Shown: in pieces, positions 25,394 through 37,975 of the stretch | Numbering within the stretch: position 1 is the first letter of the stretch | Layout: every line of letters starts with the position of its first letter | DNA from: Podarcis bocagei | Lineage: Eukaryota | Assembly (NCBI GenBank): GCA_964188305.1 | Contig: OZ076893.1 | DNA length: 64,000 bases | Strand: one strand, 5' to 3' | Position numbers and translations under genes: made by a program | The notes under the pieces: generated by a model | Seen by the model: only the letters and a program-made list of their open reading frames with translations | What the model was told of the DNA's origin: nothing | The model's database searches: none

Positions 25394-25709
25394 CAGTGGT
25401 GCCTCGCAAGACGAAAAGAATCCGTTCTGTGATTCTCTTCGTCTAGCGGTTTTTTCGTCTTGCAAAGCAAGCCCATTGAAGGATTAGCGCTATTAGCGGC
25501 TTATCTGCTGATCGGATCAGCTGATAAGTGGCTTAGCGGCTTAGAAAAAGGGGGGAGGGGGAAAAAACCTGCAGGAACTCGCAAGACATTGTCGTCTTGC
25601 GAAGCAAGCCCATAGGAGATTCGTTTTGCGAAGCACCTCCAAAACGGAAAACTCTTTCGTCAAGCGAGTTTTCCGTTTTGCGAGGCATTCGTCTTGCGGG
25701 GCACCACTG
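25394..25709. mobile_element. Tc1/mariner (pogo/Tigger-like) MITE, complete
   Basis: 22-bp TIR CAGTGGTGCC(T/C)CGCAAGACGAA with TA TSD on both sides; near-identical copy at 34140. Confidence 0.92.
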
Positions 25710-25841
25710 TATTAGAGCTGGGCAGCACAAGTGGGAAATCAGGCCAGGAGTAGAGCTGGACGACTGAGTAGGATAGGCAAACAAGGATATAGCATTGAGC
25801 AACTTGGGGGGGTAGCAGATTACACAACCATTTAGCTAAAA

Positions 25842-25982
25842 CAACCTTCTCTAACCTTGCTTCCCCCCAGATGTTGTTGGGACTACAACCCCCACCATCC
25901 CGGGCCATTGGCCATGCGAGCTGGGAATGATGGGGGTTGTAGCCCAGTAACATCTAGGAGGAACCAGGGTTGGAGAAGACTG
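25842..25982. mobile_element. Short palindromic squamate hAT-type MITE (relatives near 590-700, 3085-3205, 15440-15550, 55040-55085)
   Basis: Inverted core CAGATGTT..GACTACAAC.CCCA / TGGG.GTTGTAG..CAACATCT with TIR-like ends. Confidence 0.65.
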
Positions 25983-26729
25983 AGTTACAGCTACTGATTG
26001 GCTAGTTTGGGGCAGGCTAGCAGCTTCCCTGAAAAAGATTGGCTGGTGGGTGTTTAATCAGTATAGCTCGCAAAATCCAAATGTACTGCCTCCCTGAGTG
26101 GAAACACCTCCCCTTTCTGTGTGTTCTAAAAAGAGCACTAACACATCTTCAGTTAGTTATGGAAGGAAGGAGACCCTCCCCTTTTAGAACAACAGGATCT
26201 TAAGGCAGAAAGACTATAATAGCGATTGGAATTAAAGAATGCCTGAGGTTAGATCATTTGAAGAACAGAAGCCCTCCTTGGCTGTGAAAGCACAAAAAGG
26301 TTTTGTAAAACTTGTAAGCTGAATATTACGTCTGAAGAAGAAGGTCTCCTATTTCAGTCTAAGATATTTTTCCATGCTTAAGGCTGGGGATCTCATTCAG
26401 TAGAGGAGCAACTGTCATTTTCTGTTAAGCTATATGTCAGTATCTTTAGGAACTTGCCTTATGTCAAGTCAGATCATTGGTCTATCTAGATTAGTAGCAT
26501 CTGCCCTGACTAGCAGTGGCTCTTTGGGGTTTCAGCATATACCAGGGGTTTAATCTGGGACCTTCTCCCAGAAAAGCATGTGCTCTGCCGCTGAGCTAAT
26601 GCCTGTCTCGTGAGTGGTTTGGGGATGGGTAGCATTGAAAATGGAAGAAAGGGGTAATGACCTTACTTGCTTAAGTGTTTTTCTGCATGGCATGAGAAGT
26701 ACAGTTTGCGTACTTGTGGATATCCTTAC

Positions 26730-26889
26730 CCCTGTGCTATGATTTCCACTGCTGATGCAACCAGCCAGACAAGGGTTGAAATATGTGATTCCATCTGACC
26801 CACACACAGGTTCATATTCATGGATTTTGCAGCCACAGTTGACGTTACAGCTCCCAGTGAGATTCCTATGTGCCATGGTGAGTGTAGGA
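26730..26889 (-). CDS. SLCO5A1: SLCO5A1 exon, Kazal-like loop (PTLTMAHRNLTGSCNVNCGCKIHEYEPVCGSDGITYFNPCLAGC...STG)
   Basis: Kazal motif PVCGSDGITYFNPC; ctgtag|T ... GGG|gtaagg. Confidence 0.96.
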
Positions 26890-29800
26890 CTACAGAAAAA
26901 AGGAGATTACAGTACACATTAGGTGAAGAAAATGTTAAATAGTTATAGCTGTAAGACCAGGGGAACCACCCTGAGACCTGCGTGTGTAGGGCAGAATACT
27001 ACCACCATTTGTCAAATGAAAAGTGACTTGTGAGATGTGCCCTGCCCCATTTTCACTAGAAGTCCTGTCTCCTTTTAGGACAGGTTTAGGATTCCCCACA
27101 AATGTGATATTTTGGAGTGCTGCATTGTGGGTCTGATTACACCATTTAAGATCAGACTTGCTTGCCTCTTGTATCAGCAACAGCCAGTATTAGAACTTAT
27201 CAACAATATTTCTCAAACAGAAATATTGATTGCATTTTTGTGTTCTTTGTGTTTATTGGTTGGGCGTGACTGAGGCTCCTAAGGGTTTTGGGGTTATATG
27301 GGGACGATGACTTGAAACACAATCCATGGGGTCATGGGCAACAAGACAAGCATCCAAATGGATCACAACCCACCCCAAAAACAATGTTTAGGGTGGCAAA
27401 ATAGCACTTTGATGGGGCAGGAATCCTACAAGAGGCAGGATATCGAATAAAGGAGGTTGGACACCTGTCACTTTCAGTTTGTTCCTTTATTCTGAAATAT
27501 TCCCGCAATGGCACAGATACTTTAGAAATTGTTTTCTCCAGTCATACAATTACTAATATATGATACGGCCATTAATTTTTATGTAGGTGGATCCACATTT
27601 TATGTGGCACTGCAGGGACACTAGAGTTCACTGCACTTACACAGCAATTATATGAAGGGAAGGCATGGGGCCCCAAACAATCAAAGATACATGGAGTGAA
27701 ATTCTTTGTCCACTGTGTATTTGCACATGTGCATCTTCACACTTTGCTTTTACATAGCATCACATGTAGATGTGATCTTATTGCTTGATGCAATAAGATG
27801 CAAATGAGCTCTTAGTTATTATTGCTAGAGGAGAAGAGCTCATGCTTCTACCCTTGAACAAAAGGAGTCTGGTGGCCGTCCATCTAGATGGAGTTTAGAC
27901 CATTTTCAATATGCCAAATCTTGACTAAGATCATTTCTGATTCCAGAACCATTCAGATACACATCTTGCTTAAACTGACTAAATAATAAAAGTTCCTAAC
28001 TATATAGTTGTTATTGTTTCAGTTTTGTTGTCTGCAAACTACTTGAATTATTATTATTATTTAGTTTCCCCAGCCACTCTGGGTAGCTCCCAACAGAATA
28101 TTAAAAACCACATCTGTCCCTCAAAAACATCTGTTTAGTAAGCATACATACCTGCATAGCAGAAAATGAAAATTCCAGTCATTTATTATTGCATAAGTTA
28201 GTAGGAAAGTACCATAAATATCAATAAAAAAGATACAGCACAGGTTTCCATAGAAACCTGGAGTTGGCCCAGCAAGACAGCTTATAAATATTTAAATAAA
28301 ATGAATAAATAAGACTTGTAAGAGTCTGAGTCTCTTTGCCTTTTAAAATGATATTTAATCATTGTAGTTATGTTGTGCCCCAGTGAGCTAATATTACTCT
28401 TATGTACAATGCTACCTTCTATAGGTTTTTCTACGCAATGTATTTATGTATCTGATTTTTAAAAATACATTTTATTAAAGGTATTCTTCAGCTACCTCTT
28501 CATTTTCTAATTACTGTATTTATAGTACTGGGCTAAAGTATTCACTTCAGTCAATTATACCAGAGGCAAGACTAAGTTTTGCAGTAGAAGAAAACAAAAA
28601 GGGTGCTTCTTTTGTCTGCAGCAGAAATTCTATTGAATATTCATGACCAACACTGAAAAGACATCACTGGCCAAAGCTCACTGAGAAGCTCTCAACAAAC
28701 AAATAACATTCTGCAAAACATAAAAGCTTTTTGAAAGCTGATTATATTTACACATGTCTTTTATGAACAGTTCGATACTGTTTAAATAAATAAGCAGTAA
28801 ACTCAAATAAGAACACAGCACTGAGAAACTTTTGAGTCATCATTTTATTTTAAGGTGAGCACTGGATTTTGAAGCATTACTTAGCTCTCATTGGGGGAAG
28901 GGGGACCAAAAAGGTGAATTAGATTTCTAAACAAAGTGTTGTTCACCTTCAGTGTTACTCAGGAATTTGAAAAACAGCTCTACATTTTAAGCAGCAACTG
29001 CCACATAAGGAGCGGAAAAACCCTTAGGGCTATTTCAAAGATGGTGTGTTTTTATTTTTCAAAATAGGATGAAAATGATGGAAAGCAACAGTAGCCTTTA
29101 TCCAATCAAGTGTGTGACCAAAAGATGCTCACACGAGGGGAACTCCTTGTTCCTCCTCTCCACACAGCCCTCCTGACCCCCCCAAAAAACCCCACATTCC
29201 TGAAGGTTGGGGGATCTCCAGAGGCTAGAGTAGAAGTGGGGAATTTGGGGTGGGGGGTGGGGACAGGCCAAGCTTCACTCATGGCAAGCCTCCCTCTACC
29301 TGATTTTCCCCAATTCCCTTCTCCAGTTTCAGCTCTTCTGGTACTTATTTCAGGCCTTTCCTGAGAGTCCGCAGCAATTTGGGAGACTTCTGGGGGTGGA
29401 CGAAGAGAGCTTTCCATTGCATCATAAGCTCAAGGGGATATAGCCCCATATTTGGGGAGATGGATCCCCAAGAGTAATGAGTGTGACTACACCTAATATA
29501 TTGTAAGAATGCAATTCATAGAAGGAAGCTCCTTAAGCAGCGATTAGCTACAACTCCCTATGGAGTGGATTTGCAAAATGTACGAAATGGTCCCAAGTGC
29601 TTTGAGGAGATGCCGTCCCTCAAAAGCACAGTTGCCCAGCGTACGTAGTGAAAAATGTGGAAAACTGCCAACTGTCTGCAGCGCGCCAGACGGGGCTCCT
29701 ATCTCTGGCAGAGAGCATGCTGCCACAGATGGTCAGAGAAAAAGAGGGAGCCACGAGATCACAATCCTGCTTGGACAAGGAGGGCAGGGAAATGTGACTC

Positions 29801-32629
29801 CAAGGAGCTGCTGGGGTTGTTAATTGAGGGAAACTCCCCCCCCCCAAGCTCTGAGAGAGAAAGAGAAACAACTCTCTGAGGAGACACAGGAAGAGCCAAG
29901 CTCCTGGCCCAATCTCTCTAAAATGAACTCCACCAGAATCTCAAAAGCCCAACTGCAAACACCACAACACCACCACTACCTCCTCATCCACAATCGAGAC
30001 GAAGGGAGACAAATGAGTACAAACACAGGCAAAAAACTAATTACACAGGCAAAAAACTAATTACAATCACCCAGAACAAAAGACAGAGGAGAGGAACACT
30101 GAAGACTAGAATAAAGTAAAGAACTTCCCCTCAGACAGCCCTCCTATCGAAGTAGTGGATTATCCGAGTCAAGTTCTGAAGACTACTTTGCTTCAGTTAC
30201 TTTCTGCAAAGATACTAAAATATTCACCAACTCATCCTTGAGCTGCATTTCCAGTTATGTAGATTACAGTCCCCCAGACCAAAACAGATGAACCAGAGAC
30301 AAAGTCCCAAATATTAATACATTTAATTTGCTGTGCCTACATAACGAAGGAGGCACAAAAAACTGAATTGTTGCTGTGATTGATCTTTGCTTCAAATTAC
30401 TGATCAAGGTTAAGAGAGAAGGAACTGAAGCTGTTGAGCCTGGCACTTTAAGAAGTGGAGTAATGACTGATTTCTGGCTGCCATTTGGAACATTTTGTGA
30501 ACTCCTTCAGGCTTGTCATATAGCAGTCAGATACAGCTGCAGCCAACACAAACAACAACGTGAATGTATCCAGCTTGTAAACAACAGACCCCTCACTAAT
30601 GAATTTACTCGTGAACAACTCACTGTTGTCACTGCTCTTTTTATTTTTCCATTTATACTCAATGCAATGAAGACTAGCCTGTTTGTCTGATATAAGAAGG
30701 ATCCTTTTGGATCAAAGGAAGGGCCACTAGCTCCAGCATCCTATTCCAAAAGTGTCCAGACTGAGGGTTTGGGGAATCCTGCAAACAGGACTCAAAAGCT
30801 TCTTGGGCTCTTCTATCCCCCTGGCCCCATCTTCCTCATTGTAGAAAAATATTCTTACTTGGCATTCAATGCTAATGCATGTTTTAATCCCCCATCTTTC
30901 TTTAATTACCTGTATTTCTCATTTGAACGTAGGTTTGTATACTCTGCATTTGAATACTCAAGCACTTCATCTTGATTTATAATTTATTGTACCTTTTGTG
31001 CTTCAGTTATTAACAATCATGCATTAAAAACTGAATAAAAATACCTTTATATCAATGAAGGGCAACAAAGGATTGCCATTGTCTGTCCCACACGCATGCA
31101 CACACCAGGAACTGAAATTTAGAGGCACTGGAACCTGAATGTTCCATTTGACTATCATAACCAATGTTCGCTTTCTCCACAGCATAGATAATATTATAAA
31201 CCTCTAACTACACCCCTTCTTAGCTGCCTAAAAAACAAACTTCAGACACAATGGTCTAGCTCCCAATATCTATCCTAAGATATAATACACAGAAAGTCCT
31301 GGAGTTTTCAGATGATAATGGGAAATTATGACATATCAGCGTAGGACTGAGTGTGTCAACATAAATTTACAGAATATCCTTTCAGCCTTTCAGTAGTTTC
31401 CCAACTTTTGCAACCAAGTGCAAAATCTAAGAGTAAGAAACACAAAGGAATATTAATGCTTTTCCCAAGCTGAAAGCTGTGTTGTTACACTGAATCATCA
31501 ATAGTTTCCCTTCCTATTACACTGGCATCATAGTTTTAGGATACATACATCTGCCAAAAAGCAAATCTTTTTGCAGCATTTGTTTATGTCACAAGGTTTT
31601 AAAGAGAAGGTTCTGCTTTTGGTCCTGTGCATAAGAAATAAATCCATTTACTAGAATTTATAGAGCACCTACAGCTGTGTTACAGCTATGAAAGGAGAAA
31701 TAAGACCCTTCTCTTAAGAGTTTAAAACCTAAAAGAGAGGATTAAAAAGGATATGATAGGCAAATGTGAAAACATGCGGATATGAGAATGTAAGAGCGCT
31801 GCTGGAGCAGACCATCCAGCCCAGAACCCTGTTTCCAACTGTGGCTAGACAGATTCTTCAAGGAAGCCCAAAAGCAGGACGTGAAGGTCACAGCATCATT
31901 TCTCTGACTCCAGGACTAACTTGTGGCACAGCCCCCTTCTCTCTCCCAGCATCCCCTTTGAATGGGTGGGTGCAGGGAATTGGGGAACTGGTTGGTGTCC
32001 TTTTAGTCCCCTTTAAGCTCCTTATCTTCCTAGCTGCCTGATTTATATTTATACCCAGGCATGGCACTGTGGCAATACATTAATTATACATGAGTGACAA
32101 ATGCCCTTTAAACATTTCCCTGTACCAGGGATTAGGATCGGTTTCCAGTCTGGAGACCATAGGCCTAAATAAATTCTTTCTTCACATATGCTTTGGGACC
32201 TGTAAATCCAAACAGCACCACTCACTCCCAATGTCCCTGGGATCTCAATGTCACCGATTATTATGGTGTTTATATTTCCTGCTCCCTGTTGTTCCTGTTG
32301 CTAGTCGCATGCTACACCCTGATGGCTCCTCCAGGTGCCTCAGAATTGGAAAAGCCTGCGGGAACTCAGGAGCTGTGGAATTAGTTAGCAGCTCTCTTGA
32401 CAATGCAGGCCTAATAAGGCTGTAGGCTTCTGTCCATCCACTTACCCCTCCCTCTCTCTGTGTGTCCTAGTGCCTGTGGAATTTTGCTGAACACTTCTGT
32501 TTTCACACTGTTTCTAATTTGGTGGAACCTACCATACAAGACCTGGATGTCAATGACTGCCTGGTCTCCAATATCCCAAAGTCTGTGAATCAAAGATGGG
32601 GCCTGGTGATGTCACGAGGTGGCTAACTC

Positions 32630-33225
32630 CTGAGTGGGGGGAAAGGCCGGCAAAAGGGCACCCCGCCGTCCTGTGGAGGCTTTGCACAGCCGTCCCAAAG
32701 CTGGAACAGCGAGACGGAGGGCTGCGCAGCGCCCCGTCTCGCTGTTTTGGCTTTGGGGACAGCAGGCTGCTATCCGCAAGCCTTGGGAGCCCAGCAGGAA
32801 CTCCCGCGGGCTCCGGCGGCTTGCAGATAGCTGCCCGAAGCCCGGGGTACGCAACTCTACGCTCCCCAGGCTTCGGGCTGCTGCCTGCTATCCGCAAGCC
32901 TGAGGAGGCCGGCGGGAACTCCCGTCGGGCTCCACAGGCTTGCGGAGAGCTACCTGAAGCCCGAGGTGCACACAGCCGCGCTCCCCGGGCTTTGGGCTGC
33001 AGGCAGCTATCCGCAAGCCTGTGGAGCCCGACGGGAGTTCCCGCTGGGCTCCGCAGGCTTGCAGATAGCTTCCTGAAGCCTGGAACGCGAGAGGGGTCGG
33101 TGCACACTGACTCCTCTCGCTCTCCAGACTTCAGCGAAAGCCTGCATTCACTCCATAGGACGCACACACTTTCCCCCTTCATTTTTGGAGGGGAAAAAGT
33201 GCATCCTATAGAGCGAAAAATACGG
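32630..33225. mobile_element. Truncated TcMar (Tc2-like, CCGTA TIR) GC-rich MITE, right half
   Basis: Ends in GTGCATCCTATAGAGCGAAAAATACGG like the complete copy at 37215-37975; left TIR absent, left boundary approximate. Confidence 0.8.
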
Positions 33226-33749
33226 TGATTTCTAATCCCTTGCCTTACCTGAACTGTAAACCCTTCAATAATGTGGCTGTCTGTGAGAATCCTGCTTAGC
33301 AACTACATGCTTCTTTACTTCCAGAAATAACAAGGAAGTCCATTGACTAATATTGGCTACAAAAATGCCTTTTTACTAAAACTACCATTAGAGGAAAGCA
33401 CATACTAGAGTTTCCCCTTGACCTAACACAACAAGCCATTTCTCAAAAGATGCAGTAGAAATTGGGAAATCTTTCTAAGGGGAAATACATTTCAGCACAG
33501 CCTTTGAAAGAAAAACACAAACAACAGCTGTCAACATGCCAGAGTCAAGCTTCAAATCAGTTTATTGAACTGTTTTATAACTATAAGCCATAAAACCTTA
33601 TTTCCCCTGATTTCTCATTATTATAGCAGAATGTGTTCCAGCCAACTCACCATTAGCATATAGGCACAATTATGGCCTCATAATGCAAATGATATACATT
33701 AAGATATATTACTGAGGATAAAGTCTGAATATCAAAATTTATTGCTACT

Positions 33750-33905
33750 CATAGAATTATAGAGTTGGAGGAGATTTTGCGCAGCCTATCTAATAAAACT
33801 CCCTGCTTGGTACAGGAAATCCAGAATTAGAGCATCCCCAACAAAAGGCTATCCAGTCTCTGCTTAAAGGCCTCGAGCAAAAGTGAGTCTACTATGCCTC
33901 TAGGT
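33750..33905 (-). mobile_element. CR1 LINE 3' fragment split by a hAT insertion (continues about 35809-35890)
   Basis: CATAGAATTATAGAGTTGGA...CCAGTCTCTGCTTAAAGGCCTC...CTAGGT|AATTGGTTCC..CTGTC reads as a contiguous reverse CR1 3' end once 33906-35808 is removed. Confidence 0.7.
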
Positions 33906-35800
33906 CAGGGGTCCTCAAACTTTTTAAACAGGGGGCCAGTTCACTGTCCCTCAGACATTGTTGGTGGCCGGGCTATAGTTTGAAAAAAATATGAACAAAT
34001 TCCTATGCACACTGCACATATTATGTTTGTGGTGCACAAAAAACAGGAAAAACAATACAATATTTACAATATACTTTAAAGGCATTGCACATGGTGACAT
34101 CATGGGCACTAGCCAATTTGCTCTGTTCTGCCAGAAATACAGTGGTGCCTCGCAAGACGAAAAGAATCCATTCTGTGATTCTCTTCGTCTAGCAGTTTTT
34201 TCGTCTTGCGAAGCAAGCCCATTGACGGATTAGCGGATTAGCGCTATTAGCGGCTTTTAGCGGCTTATCGGCTGATCGGATCAGCTGATAAGAGGCTTAG
34301 CGGCTTAGAAAAAGGGGGGAAAGGAAAAAAACCCCGCAGGAACTCGCAAGACATTGCTGTCTTGCGAAGCAAGCCCATAGGAAATTCGTCTAGCGAAGCA
34401 CCTCCAAAACGGAAAACTCTTTCGTCTAGCGAGTTTTCCGTCTTGCGAGGCACCACCATCTGCACAACCTTTTCAACAAGATATATTTGGATTAAATGCA
34501 GTGCAGTTGCTCTAAGGGTGAAGACATTGGAAGAGACAGCATAGGCAGAGCATAGCCATCACGACTAGTAGCTGTTGATAGTCCAATCCAGCAACTTCCA
34601 CAGTTTCACTTGGTGCTGTGAGCATGTGGTTGCCATGGGCTTAGAAGTATGTGGCAATGGGGGGGGGCACTTGTGTTACATGCAGGTCTTTGGAGAATAA
34701 ACTCCGTTTGCAAGAAATGGTCAAAGGAGGAAGAAAGAAGGGGAGGGCGGATGAGAGGTGTGTGTAAGGGGGGCAGGAGAGGAATGACTGGGTCCACTTA
34801 AAGGGAGAGGCTCTTGGAGATTTCTGAAACCCCAACTGTTGGGAGGCAAGGGAAGTGACCGGGGAAGGGGACCTCCCTGCCACTTGGCCACAGGCGAAGT
34901 CTGCAAGCGCTGCCGACCAGAAGGAGAAGCTACAATGGAAGTAGCAGCCCTCGCTGGGATCCCGCAGAGAATCCGTGGCTTCGGCACTGGCTGGTTGCCG
35001 TGGAGGGCTCCGCTATGCCGGAGGTCGGCAACGGTCAGTGTGGGTCTCTTTCCCCTCAGCGTGAGCAAGTTAACTCCCAGGTTAAGGCTCAGCGTATTGA
35101 TTCCCCTCAGTCGCCATCGCCGCCCTGAGAGTCCAGGTGACTTTGGCTTGGGGGATTTGCAGGAAAGGAAGTGGGTCTCCAGGTAATCGTCTCTCTCTTA
35201 AGGCAGGCTGTAAATGCTCAGGAGAGCATGACGGCATAATGACTCCCCTTCTCTCCCGTTCCCTGCGATTTGACGGGGAACGGGAGAATGAAAACCAAAA
35301 TGTGGCACTCGAAGCCAAATGACTGTTGAGGGAATAGTTGAGTAAGAAACTGTCTTTGCGCAAGAAAGACGAAGGAAACCGGGGAAAGAAAGGGAAGCGA
35401 GAGGAGTGGCTTTTCGGTTGAAACTGCCAGGAAGCAAAGTGGGGAGGGCGGGAAGTGCCAAGCGAACCAGGGAAAAGAGGCCGCTTAGCAAGGCGGCGGG
35501 AAGAAAGGAGCATGGAATGAGAGAAAACCTCAGGGTTCAGTCCACAACAGCTTCAAAGCTCCTGGGGCTCCTCTGTACCTTGTCAAGCTAGAGCAGCCTC
35601 TCTCCCGACCGACGAGGCCTCGCCTTCCCCAGCCCTCTGAACCTGCATGTTCCCTGGCACTGCCCACCATGTTCCTGTGCCGCTAAAACTTTGGGCCAAG
35701 ACCCGTTAGATGGCGGCGGGTTCTGCAATTGCCGGGTGGGCCGGGTTCAGGACCCTGGCAGGCTGGATGTGGCCTGCGGACCATAGTTTGAGGATGCCTG
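33906..35800. mobile_element. 1.9-kb non-autonomous hAT element with internal cargo and a nested MITE
   Basis: TIR CAGGGGTCCTCAAACT / AGTTTGAGGATGCCTG (14/16), 8-bp TSD CTCTAGGT / CGCTAGGT, interrupts a CR1 fragment. Confidence 0.82.
34140..34456. mobile_element. Tc1/mariner MITE, second copy, nested in the hAT; right end damaged
   Basis: TA|CAGTGGTGCCTCGCAAGACGAA; body almost identical to 25394-25709; ends GAGGCACCAC without the terminal TG/TA. Confidence 0.88.
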
Positions 35801-36258
35801 CGCTAGGTAATTGGTTCCGCTGTCATACTTGTTTCTCCACTGTCAAACTGCTCTTATTAAGATGTTTCCCCTCATGTTCAAGCAGTTTCTATTCTCTGGC
35901 CCAGAGGTTAGTGTTTGTCCCAAATATCTAGCATTCTGAGTCAGATCTGTCTTATTTAATATAAGACAGGGTTACTCTGTAAGACCAGAACAAGAGGCTA
36001 TTTCTCCATTTTTCTGCCTTTGCTGAACATCGGCATGCACATACAGTCCACAAGAAATTGTAGGAACTCGGGCTGAAAAAGGTTCTCCACACCTGCACAA
36101 AAGCTTCAAAGTGTGGTTATCTATCTCTCTCCCCCCCCCCACTCTCTTTGATTGCCACATTTAATGTCCTTATGAAATAAAGCAAGTTTACTACCATTAT
36201 ATAAGCAGGCTAGCTTTGATGAAAGCATGAATTATTTAGAAAGCCAAAAGATACTTAC

Positions 36259-36457
36259 CCGGTAGTATATGGTATGTTTATCCCCCCTAGATTAATGCTT
36301 TCGCATCCAACAATGAACAGTGTTGAAAAGCAGAGCAAAGACACACCACTGCAGATCATTGCCAGCTTTGCAGACTCTCTTGCACTGAGCTTGAGTTTTT
36401 TTATAATGTAGCCCCCTAAGACAATACCAACACCAGCACTTGGAACAATGATCACAC
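36259..36457 (-). CDS. SLCO5A1: SLCO5A1 exon ([23 protein letters not shown]...[17 protein letters not shown])
   Basis: OATP TM8-TM9; aatcag|GT ... GG|gtaagt. Confidence 0.96.
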
Positions 36458-37214
36458 CTGATTAAAAGGAAAGAAAAGGGTAAAATTAAAACACTTTCTA
36501 TGTTACAAAGGATGAAAGAATAAAAGGGGGCGTGGAGAGAAAAACCTTTCCCACCAGTGTGGCTGTGAAATTTCTACACTATTTTTATGATAAAACACTT
36601 AATACCCCATCCTTAAATTCAAGCAGAACTCTCAGGGTGTCATGCAAAAACAAAACAATATGACCCCATTGCCTAAGGCTGGTTCTCACACCACCAGATG
36701 AGGTGATAATTGGGCAATTTCATGATTGCCCCGCACACATTGAATCTGCTTAAAAGCCTCAGAGGTCCTGTCTGTGGACTCACCATCCAGATCCATCAGA
36801 GTGGTCAGAACTAGAGACAGGTCATTTTGGTGGTGGCCCCCATATTTGTGGAATGCCCTCCCTATAAAGGCACACGCACACACCTTACTGGATTTTATGC
36901 AGACCTTTCAAGCAGTTTTTAATAAATATGTGTGCTGTTGTGCATGGTCTTAACCACTACTGCTTTAATGTATTCAGATTGATTTTATTAGTGCATGAAG
37001 TATACGATAAATTCTATAGTGATTTTTATTAGCATATGAAGCATATAATAAATTCTATAGTGTTGTATTTATATACCAGAAGGGGGGGGCAATATACAAA
37101 TTCTGAAGTAACAAGTCTTCCATACAAAATTAAAAATCAGTGCATATAAAAAAACCACACCTAGATATAAAGGAGAAGGAATCTAACTAGCCTAGCCTTC
37201 TCTGTGACATGCTA

Positions 37215-37975
37215 CCGTATTTTTCGCCCTATAGGACGCACCGGCCAATAGGACGCACCTATTTTTTGAGGGGGGAAATCAAAGGAAAAAATTTGATTTC
37301 CCCCCAGGTTTGCGCAGCCATCCCCAAGCTAGAAGAGGGAGACGGAGCACTTCGTCTCCCTCTTCTGCCTTCAGGGACAGCCTCCCAAGCCTCTGTGGGG
37401 CAGCGCACTGCGCTGCCCAGCAGAGGCTTTGCGCAACCATCCCAAGCTAGAAGAGGGAGATGGAGTGCTCCGTCTCCCTCTTCTGCCTTCAGGGACAGCT
37501 TGGCCCGCTATCCCCCGAGCTTGTGGGGCTGGCGGGGGGAGAAGCAGGCTTGCTTCTCCCCCCGCCAGCCTCCAGATCAGGTCGGGGAATAGCGGGATGG
37601 CGGCGCTTCGCCATCCCCCTATCCCGCGAGCTTGTGGGGCTGGCGGGGGGGGAGAAGCAGGCTTGCTTCTCCCCCCGCCAGCCTCCAGTTCAGGTCGGGG
37701 AATAGCGGGGTGGCGGCTCTGCGCCTCCCCGCTGTCCCCAGCTTTTGGGTGCAGGCTGCTGCCCGCAAGCCTTGCGAGCCCGCGGGACATCCCGCCGGGC
37801 TTGCAAGACTTGGGATAGCTTCCTGAAGCCTGGAGAGCGAGAGGGGTCGGTGCGCACGGACCCCTCTCGCTCTCTAGGCTTCAGCAAAAGCCTGCATTCG
37901 CCCCATAGGACGCACCCAGATTTCCCCTTCATTTTTGGAGGGGGAAAAGTGCGTCTTATAGGGCGAAAAATATGG
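37215..37975. mobile_element. TcMar (Tc2-like) GC-rich MITE, complete
   Basis: 27-bp TIR CCGTATTTTTCGCCCTATAGGACGCAC (2 mismatches), TA TSD at both ends, internal tandem duplications. Confidence 0.92.

Noticed and set aside
32550-33302. 250-aa (-) and 210-aa (+) ORFs
   Set aside because: Lie within a GC-rich repetitive MITE; low-complexity R/P/G/A composition and overlapping ORFs in several frames are expected from stop-codon scarcity.
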